A DNA stretch of 64,000 bases. It comes from Octopus vulgaris (taxonomy: Eukaryota). Both the position numbers and the translations under genes were made by a program. The stretch's first letter is position 1, and each line of letters begins with the position of its first letter. The notes under the pieces are model-generated. The model was not told the DNA's origin. It searched no databases and saw only the letters and a list, made by a program, of their open reading frames with translations. The DNA is taken from NCBI GenBank assembly GCA_951406725.2, contig OX597820.1, forward strand, positions 71,858,001-71,922,000, given 5' to 3'. Below are positions 1 through 13,218 of this stretch, in pieces.

Positions 1-147
1 TTCAACTAATTTAGGCATCTCAAATGTTAAGTAATCTGCAATATAAGAGGTCATCTGTTTCATTTGGTCTTCTGAATATTTTGCTTCAGTTTTACTGAAT
101 CTGATACATGTTTGCAGAATACGTTAGGTATAAATAGCTTTTGCTGC

Positions 148-420
148 TCTTCTCCTTCTTCTTCTTCTTCTTCTTCTTCTTCTTCTTCTTCTTCTTCTTC
201 TTCTTCTTCTTCTTCTTCTTCTTCTTCTTCTTCTTCTTCTTCTTCTTCTCCTCCTTTCTTCTCCTCTTCTTCTTCTTCTTCTTCTTCTTCTTCTTCTTCT
301 TCTTCTTCTTCTTCTTCTTTTTCTTCTTCTTCTTCTTCTTCTTCTTCTTCTTCTTCTTCTTCTTCTACTACTACTTCTTCTTCCTCCTCCTCCTCCTTCT
401 CTTCCTCCTCATCCCCCACC
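148..420 (+). repeat. Long (TCT)n/(GAA)n microsatellite with TCC/ACT interruptions
   Basis: About 270 bp of TCT triplets. It generates the poly-E, poly-S and poly-F ORFs at 60-536. Confidence 0.98.
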
Positions 421-834
421 TCTCCTCCTTTTTCCTTTGTCTATTTCTTTTCAAATTTTACCTAAGGAGGTGGCGTGGCTTTATGCAAGGTGCTGAGATG
501 CTGATTTATAATAGAAGGGGCAGAAGTTGTTGTTAAGGAGTTACACAGCTACCTCACATTATAGGAGTTACATGGCTACCTCATATTATAGGCATAGGTG
601 GAGATGGAAATATATTTGTGACAAGGTGTCAGAGTGTACCCCCAAAAGGCACAAGAAAATGAATGGAAAAGAGCATAAAAACAAATCAAGATGAATGGGT
701 GGGTAAATGTTGCAGGAATGTGAGTCAAGATTGACAGATGGTTAAAGATTCATAATATCATCCCCTCCCCAATCATATTTACCTCTTGCCAACAACAGCC
801 TTCACTTTTGTTCACCATTCACTATTATGGCTTT

Positions 835-1545
835 TGGCAGGGAGCTGGCAGAATCAATAGGGCTCTGGAAAAATGTGCTTGTGGTATTTGTTTGGTCTTT
901 TTACATTCTGAGTTCAAATCCCATGTTGATGCACTTCGCCTTTTATCATTCTGGGGCCTATAAAATAAACTATCAGTCAAACACTAAGGCTGATAGAATC
1001 AATTAATGCTCCCGACCCCCTCAAAATTGCTGGCCGTGTACCTCAATAAAAAGCCATTATTGAAAGTGATGAGTCAGCAGAAGAGTTAAAGGCTTGGAAA
1101 AAATGCTTTGCTGTTTTTGTTGTGGCTCTTTACATTCTGAGTTCAAATCCTGCCGAGGACCATTTCAAGGTTGGTAAAATAGAGTATCAGCTAAGCACTG
1201 GTTTGAATGGTACTGATTAATAACCTCCACTCAAAATTGCTGGCTTTGTACCAAATTAAAAGCCATTATTATTGTTGTTGCTGTTACTGCTGTTGTTGTT
1301 ATTGTTGTTGTTGTCATTGTTGTTAAGGTGACGAGCTGGCAGAATCGTTAGCATGCTGGGAAAAATGCTTAGCGGCATTTCGTCCGTCTTTAGGTTCTCA
1401 GTTCAAATTCTGCTGAGGCTGACTTTGCCTTTCATCCTTTCAGGGTTAATAAAATGAGTAGCAGTTGAGCACTGGGGTCGATGTAATCGACTTACCTCCT
1501 CTCCCAAAATTGCTGTCTTTGTGCCAGTATTTGAAATCATTATTA
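835..1545 (+). mobile_element. Three head-to-tail copies of tRNA-derived SINE family A (Meta/MESC-like core)
   Basis: Each copy begins g(c)gagctggcagaat (A-box-like), has gagttcaaat(t/c)c (B-box) and the core gactttgcctttcatcc...gataaa..agtaccag, and ends in (ATT)n. Copies lie at about 835-1060, 1063-1270 and 1325-1545. Confidence 0.85.
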
Positions 1546-2592
1546 GCAAAGGTGGGGGTATTGTTTTCAGTTATGTTTGTTTGTTTGTCTGTCCATGGAC
1601 AAGATATCTCAAGAACCATTGGATGAATCTGGATGAAACTTTCAGGGATATTTGGCCTCATGACTGGCACAAACTGATTAGATTTTGGGATTAATCTAGT
1701 ACAGGACAAGAATTCTGGGTTATTTGTTATATTTACTTTACTTTACATGAAGTATTATGATTTTACGTTGACTTTCAAGTCTTTCTCTGATTATCTCCCT
1801 TGAAAGCATGCTCATGGTTTCCATGTAAGTTATGGTGGTGTTGCTGTTTCCAAAGTTTTATTTTCGTTTCTCTATTATTAATTATTATTTGCGTCTCTAT
1901 CTTAGTAGAAACTGATAGATAATGAAATCAAACTACATAAAGAAACAGCAGCAAAACCGTTCAGAAATTAAATAGCACTAACATATTCAGTAACAATAAT
2001 AAATTTAATTTATCCTTGACAATTTATAGTTTTACCAATTTTGAATATATCGCTCCTGTTTAAAACTCTTACCTACTTGACAATTGCCTTTCTAGCTCTG
2101 CCTTGAAGGAAGCTTTACTTCTTGGACTCACATTTTTGTGCACAACGATGTTGTTAAACCTCCGTTAACAGCACCATATGCAGGTCCTTTTCATTTCCCT
2201 TCACACTTGGCTAAATTTTTCACTCTAGACTTTAATGGTCATAAAGACACTATATCAGTGGATAGAATAAAAAAGGCCTTAATAGAGAAAACTGTCCCTG
2301 TTCCTACTGCAGACAACACACACACAGCATTACAAACACAGCCCGCACACCCACCTTCACATTCCATGACTACCATTGGGATCGATCAGGTACTGGACAA
2401 GGATTCTGGATTATTTTTCCGGTTTTTTAACTTAATTTTTGAGAATGGTTGGGTTCAATTTAAGTATTCTCATTTGTGAGAGCAGTTGAGTTTATTTCAG
2501 ATATTCTCATTTTAAAAATCATTTCAGGTTAATCATTGAGAGGACGTTGGTGTTGCCTTGATGGAGGTTTGTACTCTCTGAGTGCTCTTGTT
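1541..2592 (+). mobile_element. Non-autonomous Helentron-associated element (HINE/DINE-1-like)
   Basis: 5' region has tgttttcag, (TTTG/TCTG)n, gatatctcaagaacc..ggatgaaacttt. 3' end has ttgccttgatggaggt followed by the stem-loop gtactc-tct-gagtgc and ttgtt. This layout is typical of HINEs. Confidence 0.7.
2114..2290 (+). pseudogene. Ty3/gypsy integrase C-terminal (GPY/F) fragment
   Basis: Translates as WTHIFVHNDVVKPPLTAPYAGPFHFPSHLAKFFTLDFNGHKDTISVDRIKKA. This matches the gypsy GPY/F module pattern (THVFVR.DA...PL.PPY.GP..V......F.....G....VS.DRLKPA). Confidence 0.85.
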
Positions 2593-2619
2593 ATTATTAT
2601 TAATGTTGTTGTTGTTGTT

Positions 2620-2835
2620 CAGGTAGTGAACTGGAAGAATCATTAGCACACCAGTTAAAATGCTTAGCAGCATTTCATCTATCTCTATGTTCTGAGTTCA
2701 AATTCTGCCTCAGTAGATTTTGCCTATCATTCTTTCAGGATCAAGGAAATCCGTACCAGTTGACCACTTGAGCACTGGCACCAATGTAATTGATTTGCAC
2801 CCCTCATAAAACATTTCAGGCCTTGTAGAAAGTAT
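2620..2835 (+). mobile_element. SINE family A copy
   Basis: gtgaactggaagaatcattagc...ctgagttcaaattctgcc...gcctatcattctttcagg...gcactgg. Confidence 0.8.
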
Positions 2836-3022
2836 TATTGTTGTTGTGGTGGTGGTGGCAGTGATGTTTTGATCAAATGGACATGTTCCCTTCACTGACT
2901 TCAATATTTTAGGATTACCAGATTTTATTGCCTGTAAAATAAAAAATTTATTCTCAGAGGTACTATGGGTTATGGTCTAATGAATGGTCTTAGAAAACAA
3001 AATGTGAAAATATTTGAAGAAA

Positions 3023-3400
3023 TATGAGGTGGTATCAAAAGGTTCCCAGACTAGTCAGGTTTAATAAAAAAATAAAAAAAAACTATTTACTTAAGTTTTA
3101 AAATCATCTCCTTCAAAATAATCACCTTGTTTTGCAATACTCTGGTCCCAGTGTTCCTGCTACTTTTGGAATCCGGCCAGGAAGTAATTTTCTGTAAGCA
3201 CATCAAGGACCTTCAGTGATTCACTCTGGGTCTTAACAACGGTTATAAAACAGTGATCTTTGAGCTGCATTTTCATCTTGGAGAAGAGATGGAAGTCCAC
3301 AGGTGCTAAATCTGGCATATAAGGCAGGTGATACTGTGTTGTTTTTGGCAAGAAACTCATAAGTGAAGAGAGCTCAGTGAAGAATCCAGAGTAAAATATC
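3023..3400 (-). mobile_element. mariner (DD34D) transposon 3' fragment with terminal inverted repeat
   Basis: Minus strand gives HLPYMPDLAPVDFHLFSKMKMQLK (the YSPDLAP.D motif) and ...QK*QEHWDQSIAKQGDYFEGD (mariner C-terminus). A TIR-like TA-tgaggtggtatcaaaaggttcccagact sits at 3023. Confidence 0.9.
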
Positions 3401-3739
3401 ATTGATGAAATTCCTTTACTATATTTGTGACTACAAAGTCATGCTCAGTTTGAATGACAGCTAAGAAATATTAAATATTCCAGTTGTCATGCTGTTTTTA
3501 CTGCATAGCCATTTGAAGTTCCCTCTCTTTCAGATTTATGCAATTTTGGTTTTTTTTTTATATTTTAATAAGCACGTATATGCTTTGTGTTGTTTTATTA
3601 AATGTTTAGTGTGTGTGTATGTATGTATGTATGTATGTATGTATGTATGTATGTGTGTGTGCATCTTTGTGCATGCACGATTTTGGGATTTGTGTTTACA
3701 TATTTATCTGTATCTATTTTATCATTATCTCTACACTTA

Positions 3740-4177
3740 TAATGAGTTTTTAACCTTACAATCTCTCTGCAATATTCCTATTTGCAAATCCTTCTGCTTG
3801 AATATTTGCATTCTTTTTTCAATTCTAAAGTTGTCTTCTGTGAATGACATAAAAAACCCCAGAATTTGTTTAATGGCCTCAGGGAACAGTATCTATCAAT
3901 TTACCTTTTGTTTCACTGTCAATGAGAACTGTCATAACTCAGAGATGGTTGCATTGTTATTTTTGAAATCCTTTGTTTTTGTTTGGTTACATTGACCGTT
4001 TTTCTTTTTGGGATTCTATAATATTGCAGTTTCAAATGTAAGAATGAGGAAACTACCTTAAGATTTCAAACTTAAATTAGGTGTTTGCTCTGAAATAAGG
4101 CTGCTAGATTTGTTGATTGAGTGACTCTGTTGGAGCCCGTTTTTCTTTGGCTCCCATATGAGATCTATTACACTTCT
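3740..4177 (-). other. Coding-like segment: decayed LINE RT fragment or a terminal exon (4177-4058)
   Basis: A good acceptor (ttttcttttag) precedes RSVIDLIWEPKKNGLQQSHSINKSSSLISEQTPNLSLKS*. The same frame then stays coding-like with sporadic stops (..DLQIGILQRD, resembling the RT motif GIFQGD). Confidence 0.3.
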
Positions 4178-4612
4178 CTAAAAGAAAATTTGAAATACAT
4201 GTTAAAAAAGCAAAATTATCCTATTCCAATTGTCTAATAAAAACATCCTTTTAGCACACTCTTTCAACATAGAAATGAATCACAATTAAAATACCCTAAT
4301 TCTTTCTGAATGCTTGGCCTCACAATATCTGATGATCTCTCATAGAAACCTTACATATATGACATTGCCAGAAATATACCCTCATGGCTAGGCTTCTTTT
4401 CCAAGACTGGAATAGTTTGTGCTATGTGCACAAATATATGCGTGTAAACACACACATTATAAGCAAGTGATTTCCAACCAAGGTCCATATGATCCCAGGA
4501 GTGCCATATAGTATTTTCAAGGGTCCAAACATATAAAATAGTAAAATAGGGACCCTCAGTAATATTTTAAGAGTCTATGAAAATATGTGGCTTTAGATTT
4601 ATTTATTGCAAG

Positions 4613-5038
4613 ATGTTTTACATTGGAGTAAAGATTTTTGCCAACATAACATGGCAGTCCTGGTTTAGGACAAATGTTGCTGTAATTTAGCCCCAGGAGA
4701 CATTGTCTCCAACTGATTATACAACACGATCTGTGTCCTTATATTTTCGAACAGGGAATCTAGCACTTCCACTCAGCTCAAAACAATATCTGTGTATCGC
4801 AATTTCTGTGTTATTTCTCTTCATCAGTACAGAATAATTGTTCGAAAATATAAGGGCCCAGATCGTATCATATAGCCAGCAGGAGACGATGTCTCGGGGG
4901 GGTTAAATTACAGCAACATTCGTCCTAAACCACGACTGCCATGTTATGTTGGCAAAAATCTTTACTCCAAAGTGCTGTTGCTGGATATCTCTCATTGTGA
5001 GATTTTAAAAAATAGTAATTTTCTAATGTTTTACATTG
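4613..5038. mobile_element. Penelope-associated/retrozyme-like insertion (family H1, copy 1) with 5' inversion and 13-bp TSD
   Basis: Inverted arms at about 4625-4752 and 4840-4969, with a hammerhead in the loop. Flanked by the direct repeat atgttttacattg (4613-4625, 5026-5038). Homologous to 45107-45508. Confidence 0.8.
4789..4833 (-). ncRNA. Minimal type I hammerhead ribozyme (partly decayed)
   Basis: Minus strand reads tctgta-CTGATGA-agagaaataacaca-GAAA-ttgcga-TA-cacaga. Stem I has one mismatch and stem II is weakened relative to the 45.2 kb copy. Confidence 0.7.
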
Positions 5039-7404
5039 TTTAACATGTTTCCAGCCACTGAAACATGTTCTCTCAGAGAGTATTATTGCATATATACTTA
5101 AGTGAATGGGAGAAAAGCAAATGAAGAATTTTGAAATAAGTATCTATAAAACTAGTATTTAAACAAAGAATGGCTATGAGAGAATAAAATAGAAATCAAA
5201 AGAGTTCATATGTAAAAAAAATTGAGAATCACAATGTTCATTTATGTTGAGACTTAAGAGTGGTTGAGTCTCTTGATTAAAATAACCCTGTGCTAGTAGT
5301 ATCCTCTGATATAATTCAGCCTAAAGCATCATTATATGTTAGGGTGTTTTGTTGTTGTTGCTATTGCTACTGTTTAACCCTAGTCCAGTTCCATACTTGT
5401 GTGTATGCATGAAGTAGTTATTTTTTAAACCACTTCAGCTGAAACTTTAAAAAATGGTTTAGAAGTTTAGCAGAATAATAAAAAATAAACCCTTATTTGA
5501 AAAACAGTAAGGGCTGGTAACAAGACATGCAAATGTCTGTGAAATACTGTCTCATAAATATCCATCTAACTCATGCCAACATAGAAAAACAGATATAAAA
5601 TGAATGAAGCAAAAACTGGTTCTGTACAGAACCTTAGAAAAGTTAGTTTTAAACCTATTCTAAAAAAAGATGTTGTGTACAATAAGTAGGTTTTGTAACC
5701 CAAAAGTATGTCCATGCTCTCTCTTTTTCTTTCTCTCTCTCTCTCTCGTTTGCTCTTCCATCTTTCTCTTTCACCATCCCTATCGCTTTCTACTCTTTTA
5801 TTAATCCTACACTTAAATCACAGTTATATCCTATTCTTTATTTCTTTTTCTTGATTCTTTTCTAAAACTCATTAATAATTTGATTTCATACTTTTGCATC
5901 TAAATTAAATTTTACATATGGTCCAGAGGTAATTTTATTTTATTATGTATTTTTGACATCTCATTATTTGAAAAAAAAGCGTAATGTTAAACAATTAACC
6001 GTTAATATCTAATAAATATTTATTACCAATTTTGAGTTAAGCATTATTTTATATCACGTCAGTCTTCTATTATTTCATTGTAATATATCTTTGATTAATA
6101 GCCATAGACGTTGAACTCTTTCATCTTTCTCATAAAGAATATGGATATGTTCTATTTGCACAAAGTTTTATGGTAATTTCCATATAACTCCTCTAACTCA
6201 GGCCAACATGGAAAAGTATTTTAAAACAATGTTCTCAATGACAAAGACGACAATAAAAGTCTTATACTAAAATGTGTCACTTAAAAGCCATCTATTATTC
6301 CTAAATCATAATTATAAATGTCCTTTAAATTTTCTTATTTTCTGCACAAGCAATGAAAGAACCTCCATGTGGTTTCTGGCTTGATATAAATAGCAGTCAA
6401 CCATCCTATTGTCTTAAGAAAAGGACACATTGTATAATGTAATTTGGAGTGCACTATGCCTGAAAAATATGTGGGATGGTCATGGCTGGAATACATTTCA
6501 TTATAGCTTTCTTCAATCAGCAATGACCTGGGACTAAACAACAGCAACAACTTTTCCAGCACCCTCTTCCAGAATTTTGATAAAATTCTTCATGCAGTTT
6601 TCCAAATAATAGAAGTTTTCATTTTGTAAATTCATGTGTTAAATTAAAGTTAGTTCAATTTTCTCAATATTTAATAATTCCTACAAAATTGACTTGGGTT
6701 CTTATCTTATTTTTTAAAAATCTGACCCAGTTATTCATTCAGCAATGTCTTATTTTTATATGTTTTTAAATAACCATTAAATCTAGGAATGTTTTATTTT
6801 TAATTTCATTTCTAATCATGCCTGCCATAAGAGTACATAATTTTTTTTTTTCCGAATCTTAGGCGGAGAGAACTACATATAATCTTCAAGATATGAAAAA
6901 TAGTGTCTATACCAGAAAAAAAACATCTAAATATTACAAACGAATATTAACATCATTCATTATCATTTGGCACTATGTTATTTGACATGTAGGGTATTTT
7001 TTCACTTGAATAATAGATTTATGGTTCTCTTCCATTAAATATCTAATTTTTCATTGATCTGTATGGCTGGTCTCAAACAAAATCAGCCTGTCAGAAGTTT
7101 TCTTCTCAGAAAACTTACAATCAAACAGATACCTTCAATAACAATATAGTAACTTGCAATGCAATTACTGTGAGTAATATTCTATTTTGCTAGTGTAAAG
7201 GACAACACTGTGGAATTAGTGAAGTTATTTTACATTGTAATGCATTGTTGAGTTTAACGCCTTTGCAGGATAAAATGCCCGTAGTTAACCAGCAATAATG
7301 AGAAGTGGTTATCTCTCACCTACTTTATAATTGAGAAAATGGAGATGACCACTAGTCCTAAGGTTCCTGTACTTTGGGAAAAGGGTTAGCTTAGCCATAT
7401 ATAA

Positions 7405-7622
7405 TAATGGTTTCAAATTTTGGCACAAAGTCAGCAACTTTGTGGGAAGGGGTAAGTTGATTACATCGACCCCAGTGCTCAACTGGTACTTATTTTATCA
7501 AATCTGAAAAGATGAAAGATAAAGTCAACCTCAGCAGAATCTGAATTCAGAATGTAAAGATGGTTGAAGTACCATGAAGCATTTTGCCTGGCATGTCATT
7601 GATTCTGCCTGCTTGCTGCCCT
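7405..7622 (-). mobile_element. SINE family A copy
   Basis: Reverse complement of the family A consensus (gattacatcgaccccagtgctcaactggtactt...aaagtcaacctc...gaattcagaa). Confidence 0.85.
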
Positions 7623-9219
7623 AGTTGTACCTAACAATATATTATATATAGTATTTTATAATAATGTCTAACCTTACAAATGTTAATTTCCAAAATATAA
7701 AAACATATAAAGAAACTGATTAAACAAATATCTCAACAAGTAACAGATATACTTCAAAATGCATTCATAAATGGAACTTTTTCAGTGGCTGACATTATTT
7801 ACTTCTTAGTTATATTTTCTTAGCCCTTTGTTTTATGTCTGCTTTTCCATGTTGGTAAGGGCTGGATGAGATTTCTTGAGGCACTATTTTACTGCCAGAT
7901 ACCAACCTTTTCAAGTAAAATGTTTTATCCCTCTAGTCTTTGCATGTTACACTGCTGCAGTATGTAAACTTTACTTCTACCCTTATGATGTCATTGCAAA
8001 AGTATGCAGAGGCAAACACACACAAGCATGTGCACATGCACACACACACACACATACACTCACACATACATACGTACAAACAAATACACACATGATGGGG
8101 TTCCATACATTGTCAAATCTGCTCTTAAACACATTTACTAATTTATTTTAGTTGAAAAAATGTAATGGCTTATTTTAATGGCTTAAATATAATGTTAAAA
8201 AGTTTTCAGTTTAAGTTGTTCTTTGTATAGAGAAAAAAGTAAAATAAAGGAATAAAATTCTATGAAGAATATAAGCTAAGAACAAACCACAGATTAAAAA
8301 GAAAAGGTTCTTATCAAATTTGGTTTGCAGAATACTATTTAACTTACTAATGAATGCAAGCTGTTATATATAAGAATTTATCTTGCATGAAGAACATCAT
8401 CTTCTATACAAATGTATTTCTTCTGTGCTTCAATAAAGAATTGTTGTGTAAGAAACCATTACTAACATTTCTGTTTGCATTCATTTCTCTTCATCACCAT
8501 ATATTAAAACTCTGAAAATCTTGTCATTTGTATTATGATTGATTAAATGAATATAGGCAAGTAAAATATTATTTTAGCACAAGGTATAACCTCAAGTTCA
8601 TATAGCTTTCATCAGTTTTAACAAATCATTTAAATAATGTTTATAGTTCATGTCATTTAAGAAGGTTCTATATCTTTTGTTCATTGGCATTTTCTTTAAA
8701 TTTCTATTTTTTCTTTTTTTCCCCATTTTTAAAATGACTTAAAGTAAAACCACAATAACTCCCAGTGTGCCATAATTTTTTTAAAAAGCAAAAACAAAAT
8801 TAGAATTAACTGTTACTTGGAAAGCAACAAACTCAATTGCAATATGAAAGTTGGTGAAATATTTTTAATGCTTCAAGGCTTGAAGTATTGTAGATTTTTA
8901 TTTTACAAGTGCAATATTCGGTTTTTATTGTTCTTCCTTCAGATAACCAACAAAAATATTTCCCATAATTAACTTAGAAAATATGTTATATTGTACTTTT
9001 AACCCTAAAGCATCAGTTTCTTCTCATCCTTTTAACTATTATTATTCTAAAACACTTCAGTTTTAAGTCAAATTGCATCACAAAAATAGAAGTAATGACC
9101 GATGCAGAAATCAATAAATTCTTAACTAAATAATGTCTATAATTTCTCTGCCTATAAATAAAAAGATTTTTTGTAACAGTAGTTCATAAAATTGCTATCC
9201 ACAATACCTTATATCAATT

Positions 9220-9260
<41 letters not shown>

Positions 9261-12200
9261 TTGCATATATGGATGTAAAAGGTTATGTTACATAAAATAA
9301 CTATTAAAGTAGCACATCAAATCTGTTAGCTGTTTAGCAAACAGTATGTGCTTATTTGTTTACTATGTTCGGTGCATTTATAACAAATTATTTAATTCAA
9401 TAAACTATAAATTAATATAGTGCGTTAACTCTTCAAGTACTTCTAAACTCATAGCTTACTAACTCCTTTAGAACAAACCAGTTGAGAATATTTTGATGAG
9501 AATAAATAAAAGATAAGTAAAAAAAAAACTATGGAAGACTATCAGATTTTTATCATGATGAATGACTCTGTCAAGAACATAATCTTATATGATTGCCAGC
9601 ATAAAATTAAGAAAGCAATTGAAACGAAGCTTTTTAATTTATATATATAAATGTATGTGTTTGTGTGTGTTTTGAGTAAAATATAAGCTTATTTTCATGT
9701 ATGCTTATTTTCTTGATATTGATAATGACTTTGGCTAGACTAAACACAGTGGATTCTTTAATATTCAGGATTCAGAAAGTAGTTACGAGCATAATTTGAA
9801 ATGATGCTGCTTCATATTCATTGTCTCTAATCAAAAGCAGTAACTTGTTCTAATAGCATGCCAAATAAAGAAAATATTGATTTAACAACTAGAGATAGAA
9901 ATGTTAAGCCTATCATGTAGAAAGAGGAAGTTGTTCTAATCAACTCCTTTGTAGACAGTATGACAAAATTGCTCAAATTAAGCGAAAAATTTGCTAACAT
10001 GATAACTTTGCATTTAACCTCTAATGTGATGAAAGTAAAGATTTCAGAATCGCCCACAGTTTAAAGTTTGAGGGTTGATCTTTGTTAGAAAACACTCAGC
10101 ATATGATTACTGTATTCCTCAATCACATGAAACATTCTGAAAATGTATTTATTACTATATGTTCTCTGCTCTTGCTCTCTTCAGACAATTATATTAATTG
10201 GGAAGACATGATAGAATAAATTTCCACTCTGTTGTTACATTTTCTCTTTATGTGCTTGTTCTTTTTGTATTCATGTAGCATTATTGATACTAAATATGAC
10301 ATAAATTTGCAGTAATGTTATAATATCATTAAGCAGTGCTTGTGTTAGTCATGGAATGCTTCATACTATTTTAGTTATCCTTGGTGAAGTTTTTAATTCA
10401 TTTTTTTATGTGACTCTTTCAGTACTATAAATACATTACTTATTCAATGTCTAGCGTAGGTATAATAAACCAAGGTGAACAACTTACAGCTTTAAATCTA
10501 TCATCTTCTATTAAATTTACTAAGTCTCTATAGAAATATTAACAGCACTACAGTAACTTGACATGTTTTTCCCCTTTCTTTTTTTTTCCATATTATCATT
10601 GTAGAATCAGAAATAACTTGCTGCTTTTTCCGAATATTAAATGACACTGTAAACTTTATTGATTAGTTCCTTCCTTGTAAATTATCCCTCTTTTAATTAA
10701 ATATTATATCTGACACTATTTCATTTCGCTACTATTCTCGCTATAACTGAGCATATACGTTTTGGTTTGATACCTGTTTGTTACTGAATGTGTCATTTAT
10801 AAAATCATTGTTTATAGTGCAACCTGTTATTTCAAAATGTAATTCTTGCACAGATGAATTACCAGAAATAAATGAAAATGCTGAAGTTATGAAACATATA
10901 ATTTAATTTTACCTTGCTCCCAGCTTAAGAATGTAATAAATGATTAATTACACCTTTTGTTGGAATGTAACATGTAGTTTATATGAAGCTCCAGTATGCT
11001 TATTTTTAGGTTTTGATCAGGCTTATTTTCTTCTCATTTCTCTCAAGTTCATCTTAAAACTCTGTGGTAAAACAGATTAAGACATTAACAATTTTTTACC
11101 ATGCTTTTGCATGGTTTTTAGTTGTGATATCTAAAATGAAGCATCTTACTTCTATAAATCCTATTTATTACTGGTGGTTCAGTATGAGAGACATATCACC
11201 ATTTAGCTAAGCTGTTTACTTCTACCTCTTCCCTAATTACTCAGTTTTTCAACCAATTATATATTTAATCTTATTTACATTTTATTCTTCAGTACCAGTT
11301 CCATCTCTGATTTGTTTCACAATTGAAATTTCCTGAGTAAATTGTAATTCTATACACATTACAAATCTAATCAATCACATTAAAGGACTTTACTCTTAGA
11401 TAAGGAATGGTGCAAATCACTGTAGATACCAACTTCACTTTGTCATTAAATCAAAGCTTTGCCTATTCTTACACTTCTTAAGTCTAAAATTGAATTTCAT
11501 ATGTAAAATAGAAATAGAAGGTAGATTTGAAGATATATTTGAATTATACATGGACAATAATGACCAGAATTGAGTTTGTTGCTTTCTAATATACATTTAT
11601 AAATTTGTTAGTGCTTTCTAAAATATTCTCTTACTTTTTCTTAGATAAGGAAAAGTAAGAATATTTTGCAAAATACCTTACTCTGTTGGCAAATATCACA
11701 TATCTTTATTTCTCTTGTTTAAGTTTGATACTTTTAGTGAAATAGATGGTTGTGCCCCAGCATGTCCACAACATCTGGCTGAAACCATTAATAGAATAAT
11801 AAAATATGAAAATGATTGCTCATAGCTAATTTAAAAATATAACAATTTTTTTTTCTGTTTGATATAATATTAAGTCATAATTTCTATCTTTATTTCCAAA
11901 TATATCCTAGCAGAGTAGACTTGGGCATTTTCTATCAGACTTAAATAAGCTTCCTAACAGCAACATAACACCTATCTACCTAATCACAAATATGGTAGAG
12001 AAGAATATTTAAATATGCGATGTCTGACATATAAGATCTGTAAAACTTCAAAAACGAAAAAAAAAAAAAGAACATATAAATAAATAAAATAAACAACACT
12101 ACAAGTTTGTGTTATAAGTGAAGAATAATTCAGTCAGACATTTTGAACTGCAATGTAAAATATAGTGATATCTATCACATACATTACAGACTTTATATCA

Positions 12201-12677
12201 ATATACTGACTGATGTCAAATAAAGCTAGATAGAGCTGAATAATATATGCCACCATAGAGATTGTACACATTGTTAGGATTTGCATAGTATTAGACAAAT
12301 GAAAGGAAGATACATTATAAAAATCAAAAAGGTATGGTATCTAATTTTAAGACATCAACTAGCCTCTATGAAATATAAGATTATATGTGAAATATGGGAC
12401 TATTGAGAAATAGAGATAAAGTTACAAATATTCTTTGTAAGGAATATTGAAAAATTCCTAATGGACTAAATCCAATTTGTACAACAAAATAAATCTACAT
12501 ACATCAATTTGTTAATAAATTAAATGAGATAATGTTAAGTTTAAAGCAGTTTTGCAACACTCTGGCTCCAGGTTCAATCCCATTGTATAGCACTTGGCAA
12601 GTGATTTCTACAACAGTCTTGGTTTAACTAAAACCATGTGAGTGGAGTTTAGTAAACAGAAACAATGCAGAAACCCA

Positions 12678-13165
12678 TCATCATCATCATCATCATTGTT
12701 TAACGTCCGTTTTCATGCTAGTATGGGTTGGATGGTTTGACTGGGGTCTGGCAAGCCAGGAGGTCACACCAGCCTCAATCGGATCTGGCAATGTTTCTAC
12801 AGCTAGATGCCCTTCCTAACACCAACTACTCCAAGTGTGTAGTGGGTGCTTTTTATGTGCCACCAGCACAAGAGCCAGTCGGAGCTAGGGGTTTAGCATC
12901 GACCATGTTCGGATGGTGCTTTTTACGTGCCACTGGCATGGGAGCCAGTGAGGCAGCACTGGCATTGACCATGTTGAGATGGTACTTTTTACATTCTACC
13001 GGCATGAGGAGCCAGTCAGATGGCATTGGCGATGACCCATGCATGAATGGTGCTTATTGCTTTCCACGAGTATGGGAGCCAGTCAGGCGGCACTGGCATC
13101 GGCCACAACTGCAATTTCCATTTGATTGTGGTTTGATTTGATTTTGATTTTGATGTACTTGACTC
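12678..13165 (-). mobile_element. RTE LINE 3' UTR fragment (family C) with (GAT)n tail
   Basis: (CAT)n, then tttaacgtccgttttcatgctag..gatgcccttcctaacaccaac..ggtgctttttacgtgccac repeats. Same sequence as the 3' UTR of the RTE at 29687-30220. Confidence 0.85.
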
Positions 13166-13218
13166 AACAGTGTGACATGTCACCCACAAAATATATATAT
13201 ATTTATATATAAATGTAC

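Larger units (their letters stand above)
4464..5232. mobile_element. hAT/Charlie-type MITE interrupted by a hammerhead-bearing insertion
   Basis: Left end caagtgatttccaacc, right end ttgagaatcac, and internal ggtccat(a) motifs shared with the MITEs at 19053 and 41751. Confidence 0.55.

Noticed and set aside
60-536. Poly-E, poly-S and poly-F ORFs
   Set aside because: They are translations of the (TCT)n microsatellite.
4325-4361. CTGATGA-tctctcata-GAAA hammerhead-like spacing
   Set aside because: There is no credible stem II or stem III and no properly placed UH, so it is likely chance.
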